Positions 37,883-49,500 of a stretch of DNA of 62,550 bases are shown here, piece after piece. The notes below the pieces were generated by a model, which was not told the DNA's origin, searched no databases, and saw only the letters and a program-made list of their open reading frames with translations. Positions within the stretch are counted from its first letter, which is position 1, and each line of letters starts with the position of its first letter. Position numbers and translations under genes: made by a program. The DNA is from Hydrurus foetidus. Taxonomy: Eukaryota. The stretch covers positions 62,001-124,550 of the forward strand of contig UYFQ01000609.1 of assembly GCA_900617105.1 (NCBI GenBank). The letters run 5' to 3'.

Positions 37883-38889
37883 AATTAAGACAAGTGGCTA
37901 AGGCGATGTCTCACTCTGTCTCCGATCTGCCGTAGTATACTTCCTAACTGTTCTCATTGTGGCCGAGAACCCAACGCGACAATTTTCTGAGTTCGAGTTG
38001 TTCTCGCGAGAGAGAGGGGGAGCCGAGCAGAACCCCGAACCCGAACCCGCTGAACCTACCGTCTACCGTACCGGTTACAAAATGTTACGAGATTTTGGTC
38101 ATGATGTCAACCACAGCAGGGCAGCGGGGCTCTATGGAGATTTGTCACAGCTGTAGCTATGCGTCCTGTGCCGTTTCACGCATTACTGCTGCTGCTGCTA
38201 CTGCTGTCCGTAAATTCTAATGACTACTTCACGGAATTTGAGAGACAGATGGTAAGTGAAAAATCTCGTCAAGCAACTCTAAATCTTGGTAGCGACTTCA
38301 CGACATCTGCGAATAGTCCCAAAGAGATTGAAATTCTCTGCCAGGGTAGCCCTATTGTCACCGTCAAAGACATTGTCTCATTCAAAGGCAGTGGACCCGA
38401 CGACGAGGAATGTCTCGTGATTAAAGTGATGGGTGATAATTTTTCTTTCCAACTTTCTCTTACCTGCGATCAAGCAAGTAGATCTGAAATTAAATTTGAT
38501 GGCCTTCAGTGATTTCTGAGGATCTGCACATCTTATTTTCGCGACTTAACTGCGAATCCTACCCCATGTCTTGTGATATTGGAACTATGCTGGTTGTCGG
38601 ACCCTGGTTGGAGTTGTAGCATCTGGATTCTTTGTGCTGATGAGTTTCAAAATAACAGTTGATCCCGACATCATATCCAGCAATAAATGCATGCTCCAAG
38701 AGTTGCAGCAATATGCCGCGCAAGCGCACAAAACTAAAGCACTCACGAAGTTCAGACCTATTTCGCCATTCCCAAATAACCATTGTGCGTCATGGCAATC
38801 CGAATGGCTCCATAATGTTTTATTGCAGGAATGAGTTCTGCAGAAACGAACACCTCACGATTATTGCAGCTATATTGATGATACATTAC

Positions 38890-40667
38890 TCAAGATAATT
38901 CAACTACAATATCGAATTGTAGGTAGTACGAACCTGCTTCATGTTTTGGATTGGTAATACACAGACGTTTGCGCTGAACTCCGTGTAATAAAATGCTGTT
39001 TTGAGATTTTGCAGCTTCCATAACGATTATGATCGTAGTGAATGGTGCTAGATGCTGATCAGGCAGTGCACATCGATAGGCAGATAAATGCAGCATATCT
39101 CTAGGCGGGGGGTGGCACAGTAATTAAAAGGGGCTGTTCCCCGGCTTCAGCCCCGTCAGCAGGGTCTGCCGTGATCGCCACTTTCTCAATTCCATATCCC
39201 TTGGCCCTTCCAAACCCCTCGAAATCAGTACTTCTATAAATATGCATATCCTCATCAACAATACGCGATTGGACAAAAGCATCTATGTCAACTCTTGCCA
39301 TCTTCTGTATTCTTCCTAGCTGAAGAGATAAAATAACAAGTCATGAAAGCGAGTCAGTTATCCACAAAGATTACGATGTAAGTCCTCCGAGCTAACAATA
39401 GGGGTAACGCAGTAGTTTCTCCAGACTTACATCAGGATTTTCCGCATTTATGGAGTCTTGCAGAAGGGCTGCATAGTATTCCCTGTTGATGATAGTAAAT
39501 TGGGAGCACATGTTTACTGCGGAACTTGACACATAGCGGGTCTCGCCACACAGCATGCTCTGCCGTTGACAAAGCTGCTTCTATAGAAAACCGATTATAG
39601 TGCTGCATCAAACTTATTTGCATGCACCTTACCTTTCGCCATCCCTATCGGTCTTGGAGTACAACGGATACAAGTGGATCCTATTCGTCTTTAAGAAGAC
39701 ACGGAAATACTTGATTCTTCTTTTTAGGTCCTTCGGGAGAAGTTTGATCTGGCTTTCAAAAACTTTCTTGGAGTTGTACCCACGTACCATCCTCACCTGG
39801 AAATAAAGATTCAAATCGAGCTGAATTATAAGCGATAGAGAGCAAAAGGGAAACTTTCACGTCTGACCAAGTGAATATTACATACCTCTTTTCCCTCGTC
39901 CTCTAAATGCCAGAAATGATCCAAGACATACCGAATCCACTCTGTGCCCCACCTTTGTTTGATGACGAAGCAAAATAATATTAAGGACGGAAACATTTTC
40001 GGCTGAGTTGATCGTGTCATTTACCAGAAGGCTCTTGGAATGCCTTCTCTCTCGTCGTCCATCCCGTTGCCTCGACAACCGTAGTCATAGACTACACAGA
40101 CATATCCTAGGGCGAGGCTCATCAGTAAATTGTAATCGAGATTCTCGATTATGCCTTCGTAATTCCTCATCTCGCAATGTGTGCTCTGAAGCCGAAAATA
40201 CTGGCGTAGTAAACTGTACCTGATCAGTTATTTGCAGACCTCGATTGTCATCAGAAATGATACACCAGTCCATCACACAGATTGTAGCGAGTACGACCAA
40301 TAAAGTATCGATGTTCGGCGTTAAGAGAATTTTGTTGACATACATTGATATGTTCCATGGGGACCCCCTGTTTCAAGAGAACAGAGACTGCCTCGATACC
40401 ATTCGTTAGATTAATAAAGTAGCGCACTGCCTTGACGGCTGACATTTCAGTATACGATTCTTCACTGCATATCTTATTCTCGACGTCTGTCAGCGATAAG
40501 TTTTCATCTTCACTGGCAGCCAGCAGTAGTGTCCGCCAGTGACTGCTAAAGTGAGAAGTACCGAGGGAACGAATTTGTTGCCTCATTCCCGCTGCGTATG
40601 AAAAAGCAGTCCGTAAAGAAGCAAAGATGGATATGAATAGAGTCTTGGAAACGAATGTGAATCTCAT
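38890..40667 (-). pseudogene. Fragmented unknown gene, possibly with N-terminal targeting peptide
   Basis: Chain of short minus-strand ORFs starting MRFTFVSKTLFISIFASLRTAFS, with frame breaks, stops and intron-like junctions. No family recognised. Confidence 0.3.
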
Positions 40668-42014
40668 TGTGACGCCAAATGAAATGCAACCGTGCAGAGT
40701 ATCAAGATTCCTACAATTTTGCTCAGATTTTGATCAGCGGATTTTGAGCAAAAAAGACTTTGGATTCTGACATTCTTGGACCCCGTCAAATTTCTCTCTG
40801 TAGCCTGTTTGATCGAGGTTGGCATCTCTTCTTCGAAAGCGTTTATGTAGAACGGTGCCGCTGCTGCTGTTCACATACGAAACATACATGCGAAACATAC
40901 AAAAAACGAAACCTCAATCCTCGAATCCTCAAAACACGGGTTTCCAGAATTCCTCAAATCGGTGAAACCGAACCAGCCACTTTTTCGTAATTTTGAGTTT
41001 TGAGGTTTTCAAATCGGAAAAAGTTACTGCTCTGCCTGATTATCGATTGAGGTACTAAATTTCGATTTTCTCATACCGATTTCAATTTTTCCCGTACTTA
41101 AAAAAGTGCAGTGTTGCTGCACTAATTCCTTGCTCGAAATACTGCACACTACCCACTGCTCTGTCTTGACGACATCAGAGGAATGTGCTGCCGTCGATGC
41201 AGATCGGCAATTTGGAATCGGAATGTTCTGTTGCATGCGCGTACCGTTTTCTCTTTTCCAACGGCCCAACTCCCACCTTCGGTACTCCACAGCTATTGGC
41301 TCCCGCCGCAACCCATCTTCGAGGTGAAGACGCCACCATTTCATGCGAACTTTATGATCGACTCTTCGAGCTCAACTGCTGGTTGAGGAGACAGCGCTCC
41401 TCAGAAGTCGCTTGCCAGGAGCCGTCAACTGTCGCCAGATGTAGTTTACCTTCATTCGTGACCGCCGTCTGAACGCCATCTTCAAAAACAGCGAATGGGA
41501 CAACAGTTAATTCAGAGTGGCAACCGAAGCCTCATTCTTTTTAACAGTCTCAGTGATTATAATCGCTTGAACCTACTGGGAAATCATCTTGTAGACTAGC
41601 ATCAGTATATATTGCAGGGACTTTCTCTCGTTTGTCGGCGTCATCTTTTGACGCATTAGTGACGTCGTGACCAGCTTGCATGAAATTTCTCAGGGATTCG
41701 CAACATTTTGGCTCTTCTAAGTCAGTCTGTCAGGACATCTATCATGTCAATTTTAAAAACCTCTAAACTCTCACAAGAAAACCCCCCCATTCAGTAGCTA
41801 CGCGAGTATTTACTTCGTGAATTTCATCACGGTAACCAATTGGAAATTTATGGAAAGCGTGATAGTCATCACTTTCTAAATTTGAGAAGGTGCTCACTAC
41901 TCTGCTCTGTAAAGGTCAGCTGTAAATATTTTGGCAGGATTTTCTGTCAGCTGAACATCGTGATTATTATCACGTGACATAACGTTGGAATTTTTTTTTA
42001 TATATCATGTTTGT

Positions 42015-43806
42015 ATATGGTGTGATTGAATATGTTGAATATGTCTTCTGATATGTCATATGGTGTGATTGAATATGTTGAATATGTCTTCTGATATGTC
42101 ATATGGTGTGATTGAATATGTTGAATATGTCTTCTGATATGTCATATGGTGTGATTGAATATGTTGGATATGTCTTCTGATATGTCGTATGGTGTGATTG
42201 AATATGTTGAATATGTCTTCTGATATGTCATATGGTGTGATTGAATATGTTGAATATGTGTTCTGATATGTCATATGGTGTGATTGAATATGTTGGATAT
42301 GTGTTCTGATATGTCATATGGTGTGATTGAATATGTTAGATATGTCTTCTGATATGTCATATGGTGTGATTGAATATGTTGAATATGTGTTCTGATATGT
42401 CATATGGTGTGATTGAATATGTTGAATATGTGTTCTGATATGTCATATGGTGTGATTGAATATGTTAGATATGTCTTCTGATATGTCATATGGTGTGATT
42501 GAATATGTTGAATATGTCTTCTGATATGTCATATGGTGTGATTGAATATGTTAAATATGTCTTCTGATATGTCATATGGTGTGATTGAATATGTTAGATA
42601 TGTCTTCTGATATGTCATATGGTGTGATTGAATATGTTGAATATGTCTTCTGATATGTCATATGGTGTGATTGAATGTATTGAATATGTCTTCTGATATG
42701 TCATATGGTGTGATTGAATATGTTAGATATGTCTTCTGATATGTCATATGGTGTGATTGAATATGTTAGATATGTCTTCTGATATGTCATATGGTGTGAT
42801 TGAATATGTTGAATATGTCTTCTGATATGTCATATGGTGTGATTGAATATGTTAAATATGTCTTCTGATATGTCATATGGTGTGATTGAATATGTTGAAT
42901 ATCTGATATGTCATATGGTGTGATTGAATATGTTGAATATGTCTTCTGATATGTCATATGGTGTGATTGAATATGTTGAATATGTGTTCTGATATGTCAT
43001 ATGGTGTGATTGAATATGTTGAATATGTCTTCTGATATGTCATATGGTGTGATTGAATATGTTGGATATGTCTTCTGATATGTCATATGGTGTGATTGAA
43101 TATGTTAGATATGTGTTCTGATATGTCATATGGTGTGATTGAATATGTTGAATATGTCTTCTGATATGTCATATGGTGTGATTGAATATGTTGAATATGT
43201 CTTCTGATATGTCATATGGTGTGATTGAATATGTTGGATATGTCTTCTGATATGTCATATGGTGTGATTGAATATGTTGAATATGTCTTCTGATATGTCA
43301 TATGGTGTGATTGAATATGTTGAATATGTCTTCTGATATGTCATATGGTGTGATTGAATGTATTGAATATGTGTTCTGATATGTCATATGGTGTGATTGA
43401 ATATGTTGAATATGTGTTCTGATATGTCATATGGTGTGATTGAATATGTTGAATATGTCTTCTGATATGTCATATGGTGTGATTGAATATGTTGAATATG
43501 TCTTCTGATATGTCATATGGTGTGATTGAATATGTTGGATATGTCTTCTGATATGTCATATGGTGTGATTGAATATGTTAATATGTCTTCTGATATGTCA
43601 TATGGTGTGATCATATATGTTGAAACTGTCTTACCATATGCATTAATGTGTGATCATATATGTTGAAACTGTCTTACCATATGCATTAATGTGTGATCAT
43701 ATATGTTGAAACTGTCTTACCATATGCATTAAAGTGTGATCATATATGTTGAAACTGTCTTACCATATGCATTAAAGTGTGATCATATATGTTGAAACTG
43801 TCTTAC
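42015..43806. repeat. 43-bp minisatellite array: ~37 copies of variant A, then ~4.7 copies of variant B
   Basis: A = ATATGGTGTGATTGAATATGTTGAATATGTCTTCTGATATGTC; B (from 43605) = GTGTGATCATATATGTTGAAACTGTCTTACCATATGCATTAAT. Same period, no spacers. Confidence 0.95.
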
Positions 43807-44079
43807 TCACACTCTCTAGCATACTCATCACGTAGAGTGCGATGACTGTGATCACTGTAGGCAGTCAGTGCGTTGCACTCACACTCTCTAGCATACTCAT
43901 CACGTAGAGTGCGATGACTGTGATCACTGTAGGCAGTCAGTGCGTTGCACTCACACTCTCTAGCATACTCATCACGTAGAGTGCGATGACTGTGATCACT
44001 GTAGGCAGTCAGTGCGTTGCACTCACACTCTCTAGCATACTCATCACGTAGAGTGCGATGACTGTGATCACTGTAGGCA
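43805..44079. repeat. 72-bp tandem repeat, ~3.8 copies
   Basis: Unit starts at 43805, 43877, 43949 and 44021. Confidence 0.95.
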
Positions 44080-44096
44080 ATTCGATCTTAGTATAA

Positions 44097-44733
44097 TTAA
44101 TTACTTTCATAATCTGCTGGCCTTGGAATTTCGTAATAACATTTATGACACCAATATTGTTCTTCGCCATCAGTGGCTGGTCCCGAAACTTTAGCGCAGC
44201 ATTTATGGTGTACATGTCCACAGCACTGTGGGCAGACTGTCAATTCATTCAACATGTCATGTTTGCAGTTCACGCATTTTCTTGTGCATCTATCACAGTT
44301 GCGGCGAGATGCGCTATCTTCATGCATGCATACAGTCCTTTTGCTACTTATGCTACCATTGTCTGTCTGAGGTCTCTTGGCGGCATGACGAGTAGAGACA
44401 TCGCCAGGAGGCGATATCAGTGCAGAGGCAGAGGCAGAGGCAGAGGCAGAGGCAGCGTCAGCGGTCACGGCAGGATAAGCTACAGGAGTGCAGTCCGAGC
44501 GAGGTCTCTTGGCAGCATGACGAGTAGAGACATCACCAGGAGGCGATGTCAGGGCAGAGGCAGTGGTCACGGCAGGATAAGCTACAGGAGTGCAGTCCGA
44601 GCGAGGTCTCTTGGCGGCATGACGAGTAGAGACATCACCAGGAGGCGATGTCAGGGCAGAGGCCGATGATCCTTCCAATTGTAATATCGACCCACTCAAA
44701 TCAGATGTTGATGACGATGACGACGACGATGAC

Positions 44734-44765
<32 letters not shown>

Positions 44766-47271
44766 CGAAGGGTCATCATCCCTGTCGTCAAAATCTAAAT
44801 CATCTAGTGCAGATAATCCTGACAAAGTGCAGAAAGTGAGTGAGTGAGTGAGTGAGTGAGTGAGTGAGTGAGTGAGTGAGTGAGTGAGTGAGTGAGTGAG
44901 TGAGTGAGTGAGTGAGTGAGTGAGTGAGTGAGTGAGTGAGTGAGTGAGTGATGATAATTATATAATGCATCATCATCATGCATCATCAATCAAATGATCA
45001 TCATCATGATCATGATCATGATCATCATGATCAAATCATCATGATGAGGATCATGATCAGGATCGATCATCATGATCGATTGAGTGATCGATCGATGAGT
45101 GATGAGTGAGTGGTGAGTGAGTGAGTGAGTGAGTGAGTGAGGGAGTGAGTGAGTGAGTGAGTGAGTGAGTGAGTGAGTGAGTGAGTGAGTGAGTGAGTGA
45201 GTGAGTGAGTGAGTGAGTGAGTGAGTGAGTCACCTTCACTCAGCACAAAATCTTGAATAACATAGCGACCCAACGCCATCGGTGGCCTACCCGGTTTCCT
45301 GCGGCAGCTGAGAGGGATGGTCTTGGCACAAGGTGGAATATGAATTCTGTCGATCATTATCCTCACACAAGTGGAGTGGGGGCACTTGAATTTACGACCA
45401 AACTCATGGCAGTTGCATCGGCGGTCTGGAGTGATGACTTGAACATATTTTTGAAAGGAGACATAATCATCCATTGAGTAGTAGCTGCTATCGCGATACT
45501 TTCTATATATTTCCTGAGATTCAAGTAAAGAAAGCTTAACAATCTCATTCGCTTGGTTAGTGACCGATATGTAGTGATTTTCTACGAGGCTAAATATCTT
45601 CTTCGTTTTCCATAGATTGAAGCCATCTGTCATCTCCTTGGTGTTCAAATCAGAGGGGACATGAGCCAATGGTATGCTGTTAACGTTTTCAGGATTGCGT
45701 CTAAAGGACTGTGTTCCTATCCAGCCTGCCATAGTTGGCAGAAACGCCAAGAGGGGCATGAGCTCATGGAAGGTCGCTGTATCTTTGATTCCCTTATTTG
45801 TCCCCTCAAGGCCATTATTGTTCATTGCATACCCCTCCGCTGCACCACGATAGAATCTTGTAAGTCTTGGATTCAACCATTCATTCACAAGATGGTTAAG
45901 TGCTACTGTAGCCGATTCTTCAGCGCCCCACTTTTCTTTGAATAAGATGACGATCTTATCAAAGCAGTCCTCTGACCCGGCTTCAGACAACTTGTTTAGG
46001 TCACCCAAAAAAGAGGAACGTAATTCTTGGCTCTTGATAGATTTTGCTGATTTTTCCATATTCTGCGGGAAAAAAATAAAATAGAATTTATTTCCAAAAC
46101 AAAAATGAAAAAATGAAAAATCGAATTCATGCATCATATTCTTAATTAGCACGTACGTACGGACCGTATAGCACGTACCATGTAGACGTGCGCGTAGCAC
46201 ATGAGCCTAATGATACCAGGCCATATTGTAACAGCGGCATTGAACACCGCCTCGGAAGCATCCGCCATCAAGTATCTAAAATGCAGGGAAGGATTAACGT
46301 TCTTCCACGTCTGCAACATGTACGTGAACTCACTGTGAGTCTCACGAGATGAAATGGCGATTATTGTGGGATGAAATTTGCGGTTCTTGTCCGAGAACCC
46401 CATGAGGGTTACCGGATAGCTATTCCAAGTACATTTGTAAGTACAATCAGAGTGAACAATATCTCCTATGTCTAACTGAGACATTCGTACAGTCGAACAT
46501 ACAATAACAAATGATCCCATATCAGATGCACTGGTGGTGAATAGTGCATCTAAGATGTATCCTTTATCGATATCATCAGGTATATCTCTGTACAGCGCTG
46601 AAGAGCGCTGTAGTGAGTCTAACGTGACGTTACCAACAACACCATATTTCCTACGCCTATTAGCAGCTAGATAGCTACTAACTTGTGCTTTCAAGGGTGT
46701 TGCAACCAGCACTTGAGTCGGATCTGTGGCGTGAATAACATCGTTAATCGTTTCCCTCATTACATTTTCTATGACTTAAAATTTCAAACAAACATTCACC
46801 TGCTTCGTGCAATTCTTTCGCTTTCTTGATAAAAATTTCTATTATCAACAACGGTTTTGTGATCTTTAGAGCATGCACTTCATCGACAATTCGGACTTGG
46901 TCGAAGGAGAGACCTCTGCCACCATTCCTTTGAATGTCGTCGTGATGGCTATGCTCTCCAACGCTTTCTTCTTCGGTGACTTCGTAGGAGTCTAGAGCAG
47001 TGCAAAACCTCCATTGTTTTGTGCACCCGCATGACTTCATCACACAGCTGTAGTAGTAGCTGCTAGTTTTTCCTCGGTTTTGACGACCTTTCAGTTTTGG
47101 GGTACTGCCTTCGAGGTTCAGACTCTCAAAAGCTGATTCCAGGTTGGGATACACTGTTATCAGATCCCAAATAATTCCACAACCACGAGTTTTTCTAGGA
47201 GGTTGCTCAACCTCATCAACAATTTGGGCATCATCGCCAGACTCGTATGCAAAGTTGACGGCATTCGACAT
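44097..47271 (-). CDS. MULE transposase with SWIM finger and predicted spliced C-terminal PHD finger
   Basis: HSDCTYKCTW, MADASEA, CYAH, NNGLEGTN, SWIM CNC...CPH and C4HC3 PHD (CVNC...CPQC...HHKC...WCHKC). Predicted GT-AG introns 46799-46769, 46178-46063 and 45233-44819 all preserve frame. Confidence 0.8.
44836..45230. repeat. (GTGA)n microsatellites flanking an ATC/GAT low-complexity tract
   Basis: (GTGA)n at 44836-44951 and ~45114-45230; fills the predicted intron. Confidence 0.95.
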
Positions 47272-47987
47272 CTTGCCTACTGTAAGTGGTTGCTAATTGG
47301 AAATTCTTAGTTGCAAAAGGGTTGCAGTTTGGTACTCATGCGACCGTTGCAAAAAGGGATGGACTTCGGAATTCAAAATTCAATTTTTGATTTTTTGGAA
47401 AAAAATTAAAATTCATGGAATCCGAATCTGGAGAATCTAAAAAATGAAAAATGCAGAGAAACCGTAGTGTTGCAAAATTTTGGTATTTAGTTCGAGATAA
47501 CCGTTACAATTAAAATAGCTGGCCAACCATTCAATTTAGTACCCGAAGTTGATAATCTAGTACAATACTAGAGAGAATTAGTGCATCGGACCAGAATATG
47601 GCAGACTGTTAATTGGGTCGCGTTTTCAAATTCCTCATTTTGAAGCCCTCGGATCGAGGAATTCAAAACGAGGAATCCAAAAAAACACGAGGTCTTGGGT
47701 CCAAAAGGGCCGAGGATTTTCGGAAAACCCGTGTTTTGAGGATTTTTTATTTTGTATGTTTCGACTTGGAATCCTCAAATCCTCGAATCCTCAAATCCTC
47801 AAAAGTCGACGTTTGAGGATTCCTCAAAATGGGAACATACAGAAATCCACCAGTCATAATGACGACATCAGCTTCGACTCGACAACTCGTTCGCCACCTA
47901 TCGTAGGTACATTACATTACAATTTCGTCGTCGCTCATAGCACGAAATACTGACCAAATTCTGAACAGTCTTTTATCTGGACGACCG

Positions 47988-49406
47988 ATGGATCAGCTAG
48001 ATCTCGATGTAAACGACGAGTATTGTGATGCCTACGAGAAATCGGTCAGACATCGTCAGAAGATCAGAAAATTTACAGAGTCTGTCGCTGCGATTGCAGC
48101 TGCTACATTGCTTGCAATCAGCACTATTCCTCTGGAACCTCCCAGGATTGGCAACTGCAGAAATACGAGACTTGAGGCCTTGCAATATGTGAGATCGTGG
48201 GACGATGACATGTTCCGACGACAGTTCAGACTATGCCGTGAGGATTTCGGGAACCTTTTGACGTTGATAGCGCCTTTGATAACGCGAAACGAAGTGAAGG
48301 CTATAGCAAGTTCAGGATCGTCGATATCACCTGAATTGCGTTTGATGATAACGTTGCGGATTCTGGCGGGTGCGAAACACCTCGACATGATTTGGTATCG
48401 TGTAAGTGTAGATCATGTGCAAGAATACGTTGAGGATTGCCTGAAAGCAATTAATAGTGTCGTCGACAACATCAACGTCCCAAAGACTGATGCTGAGTGG
48501 AGGATTGAAAGTGAAAAGTTCAGAGCAATTCTCACCGACAAACATGGTTCAATGGGAGATGAAATGCTTGGAGGCATCTGTGGAGCTGGAGACGGTTTCG
48601 TCGTACAGATAATTGAGCCTGTCAAATCAGATTTAGATGGGAGGCCATCGAAAATTTACATGAATAGAAAGGGATTCTTTGCTTTGCTGGTACAAGCTTT
48701 CTGCGGTGCACATACGAACTTTTGGTTCTTCAGAGTCGGTTGGCCGGGTGCCACCAACGATATCACTGCGTACAAACAAACTGCGCTTCATAAGAACTCC
48801 ACGAACAGGTCGCTTGCGACCTCTATTCCTGACTGGGTATCATATGTATTAGATGAGGCTTATAGCAGCATTGGTGGATGTCACTTGACACCTTTCACAA
48901 GTCATCAGCTAAAAAAAGCTTTCTTGCTTGATGATGCTTCAAAAACTCTATACTATAAAATGCGCTCTTTTAATCACACTTTATCTTCTCAAAGAATTAC
49001 GATTGAAAGGGCGTTCGGCCAGCTGGTAAGAAGATGGGGAATTCTGTGGGGTCCAAACAGTGCTAGATTATCGAAAGTTTCTTTAATGGTACAATGCTGC
49101 GCGAAACTCCACAATATCTGCGTCGAGAGATGGTTGATCAATGGAAGAAGGACAGGACTAGATGCAGTTGATCAATTAGAGAACATTCCGGATCATATGA
49201 ATATTGAGAATGCAGATAGACCAGAGGATGCTGAGGTGGCAATGAGGCTTACCAACAGATACGTTGGGATCGGCACCCGTGCGGCAAGGTGCGATATCAG
49301 AACTGACATGATGAATATGATTTGGGATACAGGACTCAGGATAACTTCTTCGGAAGATCTTGTCGGACTACCCATAATCGGAGATGATGATCCAGATGCG
49401 TTGTAA
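47988..49406 (+). CDS. Harbinger/HARBI1-like DDE transposase, intact
   Basis: FRRQFRL, GAGDG, YMNRKGFF, WPGATND, LDEAY, RITIERAFGQLVRRWGIL and CAKLHN motifs. Confidence 0.92.
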   Translation: MDQLDLDVNDEYCDAYEKSVRHRQKIRKFTESVAAIAAATLLAISTIPLEPPRIGNCRNTRLEALQYVRSWDDDMFRRQFRLCREDFGNLLTLIAPLITRNEVKAIASSGSSISPELRLMITLRILAGAKHLDMIWYRVSVDHVQEYVEDCLKAINSVVDNINVPKTDAEWRIESEKFRAILTDKHGSMGDEMLGGICGAGDGFVVQIIEPVKSDLDGRPSKIYMNRKGFFALLVQAFCGAHTNFWFFRVGWPGATNDITAYKQTALHKNSTNRSLATSIPDWVSYVLDEAYSSIGGCHLTPFTSHQLKKAFLLDDASKTLYYKMRSFNHTLSSQRITIERAFGQLVRRWGILWGPNSARLSKVSLMVQCCAKLHNICVERWLINGRRTGLDAVDQLENIPDHMNIENADRPEDAEVAMRLTNRYVGIGTRAARCDIRTDMMNMIWDTGLRITSSEDLVGLPIIGDDDPDAL

Positions 49407-49500
49407 AACAGTCCATTCTCTCTTATTTCGAAGTTAATTAAAACAGATGTAATGAATGGTTTGACTCTTCTATTTGACTCACGGTATTCAATGTGACAAT

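Larger units (their letters stand above)
41015..47622 (-). mobile_element. Mutator-like element (MULE) with only degenerate TIRs
   Basis: Interrupts the MITE copy with 9-bp TSD TTTTCAAAT (41006-41014, 47623-47631). CG...CG ends; patchy inverted motifs (TCTGCC, GGTACTAAATT, TGCACTAATTC). Confidence 0.88.

Noticed and set aside
41024..41745. Pack-MULE captured gene fragment
   Set aside because: Only short broken ORFs with no recognisable homology; cannot be supported without a search.
42015..44079. CRISPR-like array
   Set aside because: Units are head-to-tail with no unique spacers, there are no cas genes, and the context is eukaryotic.
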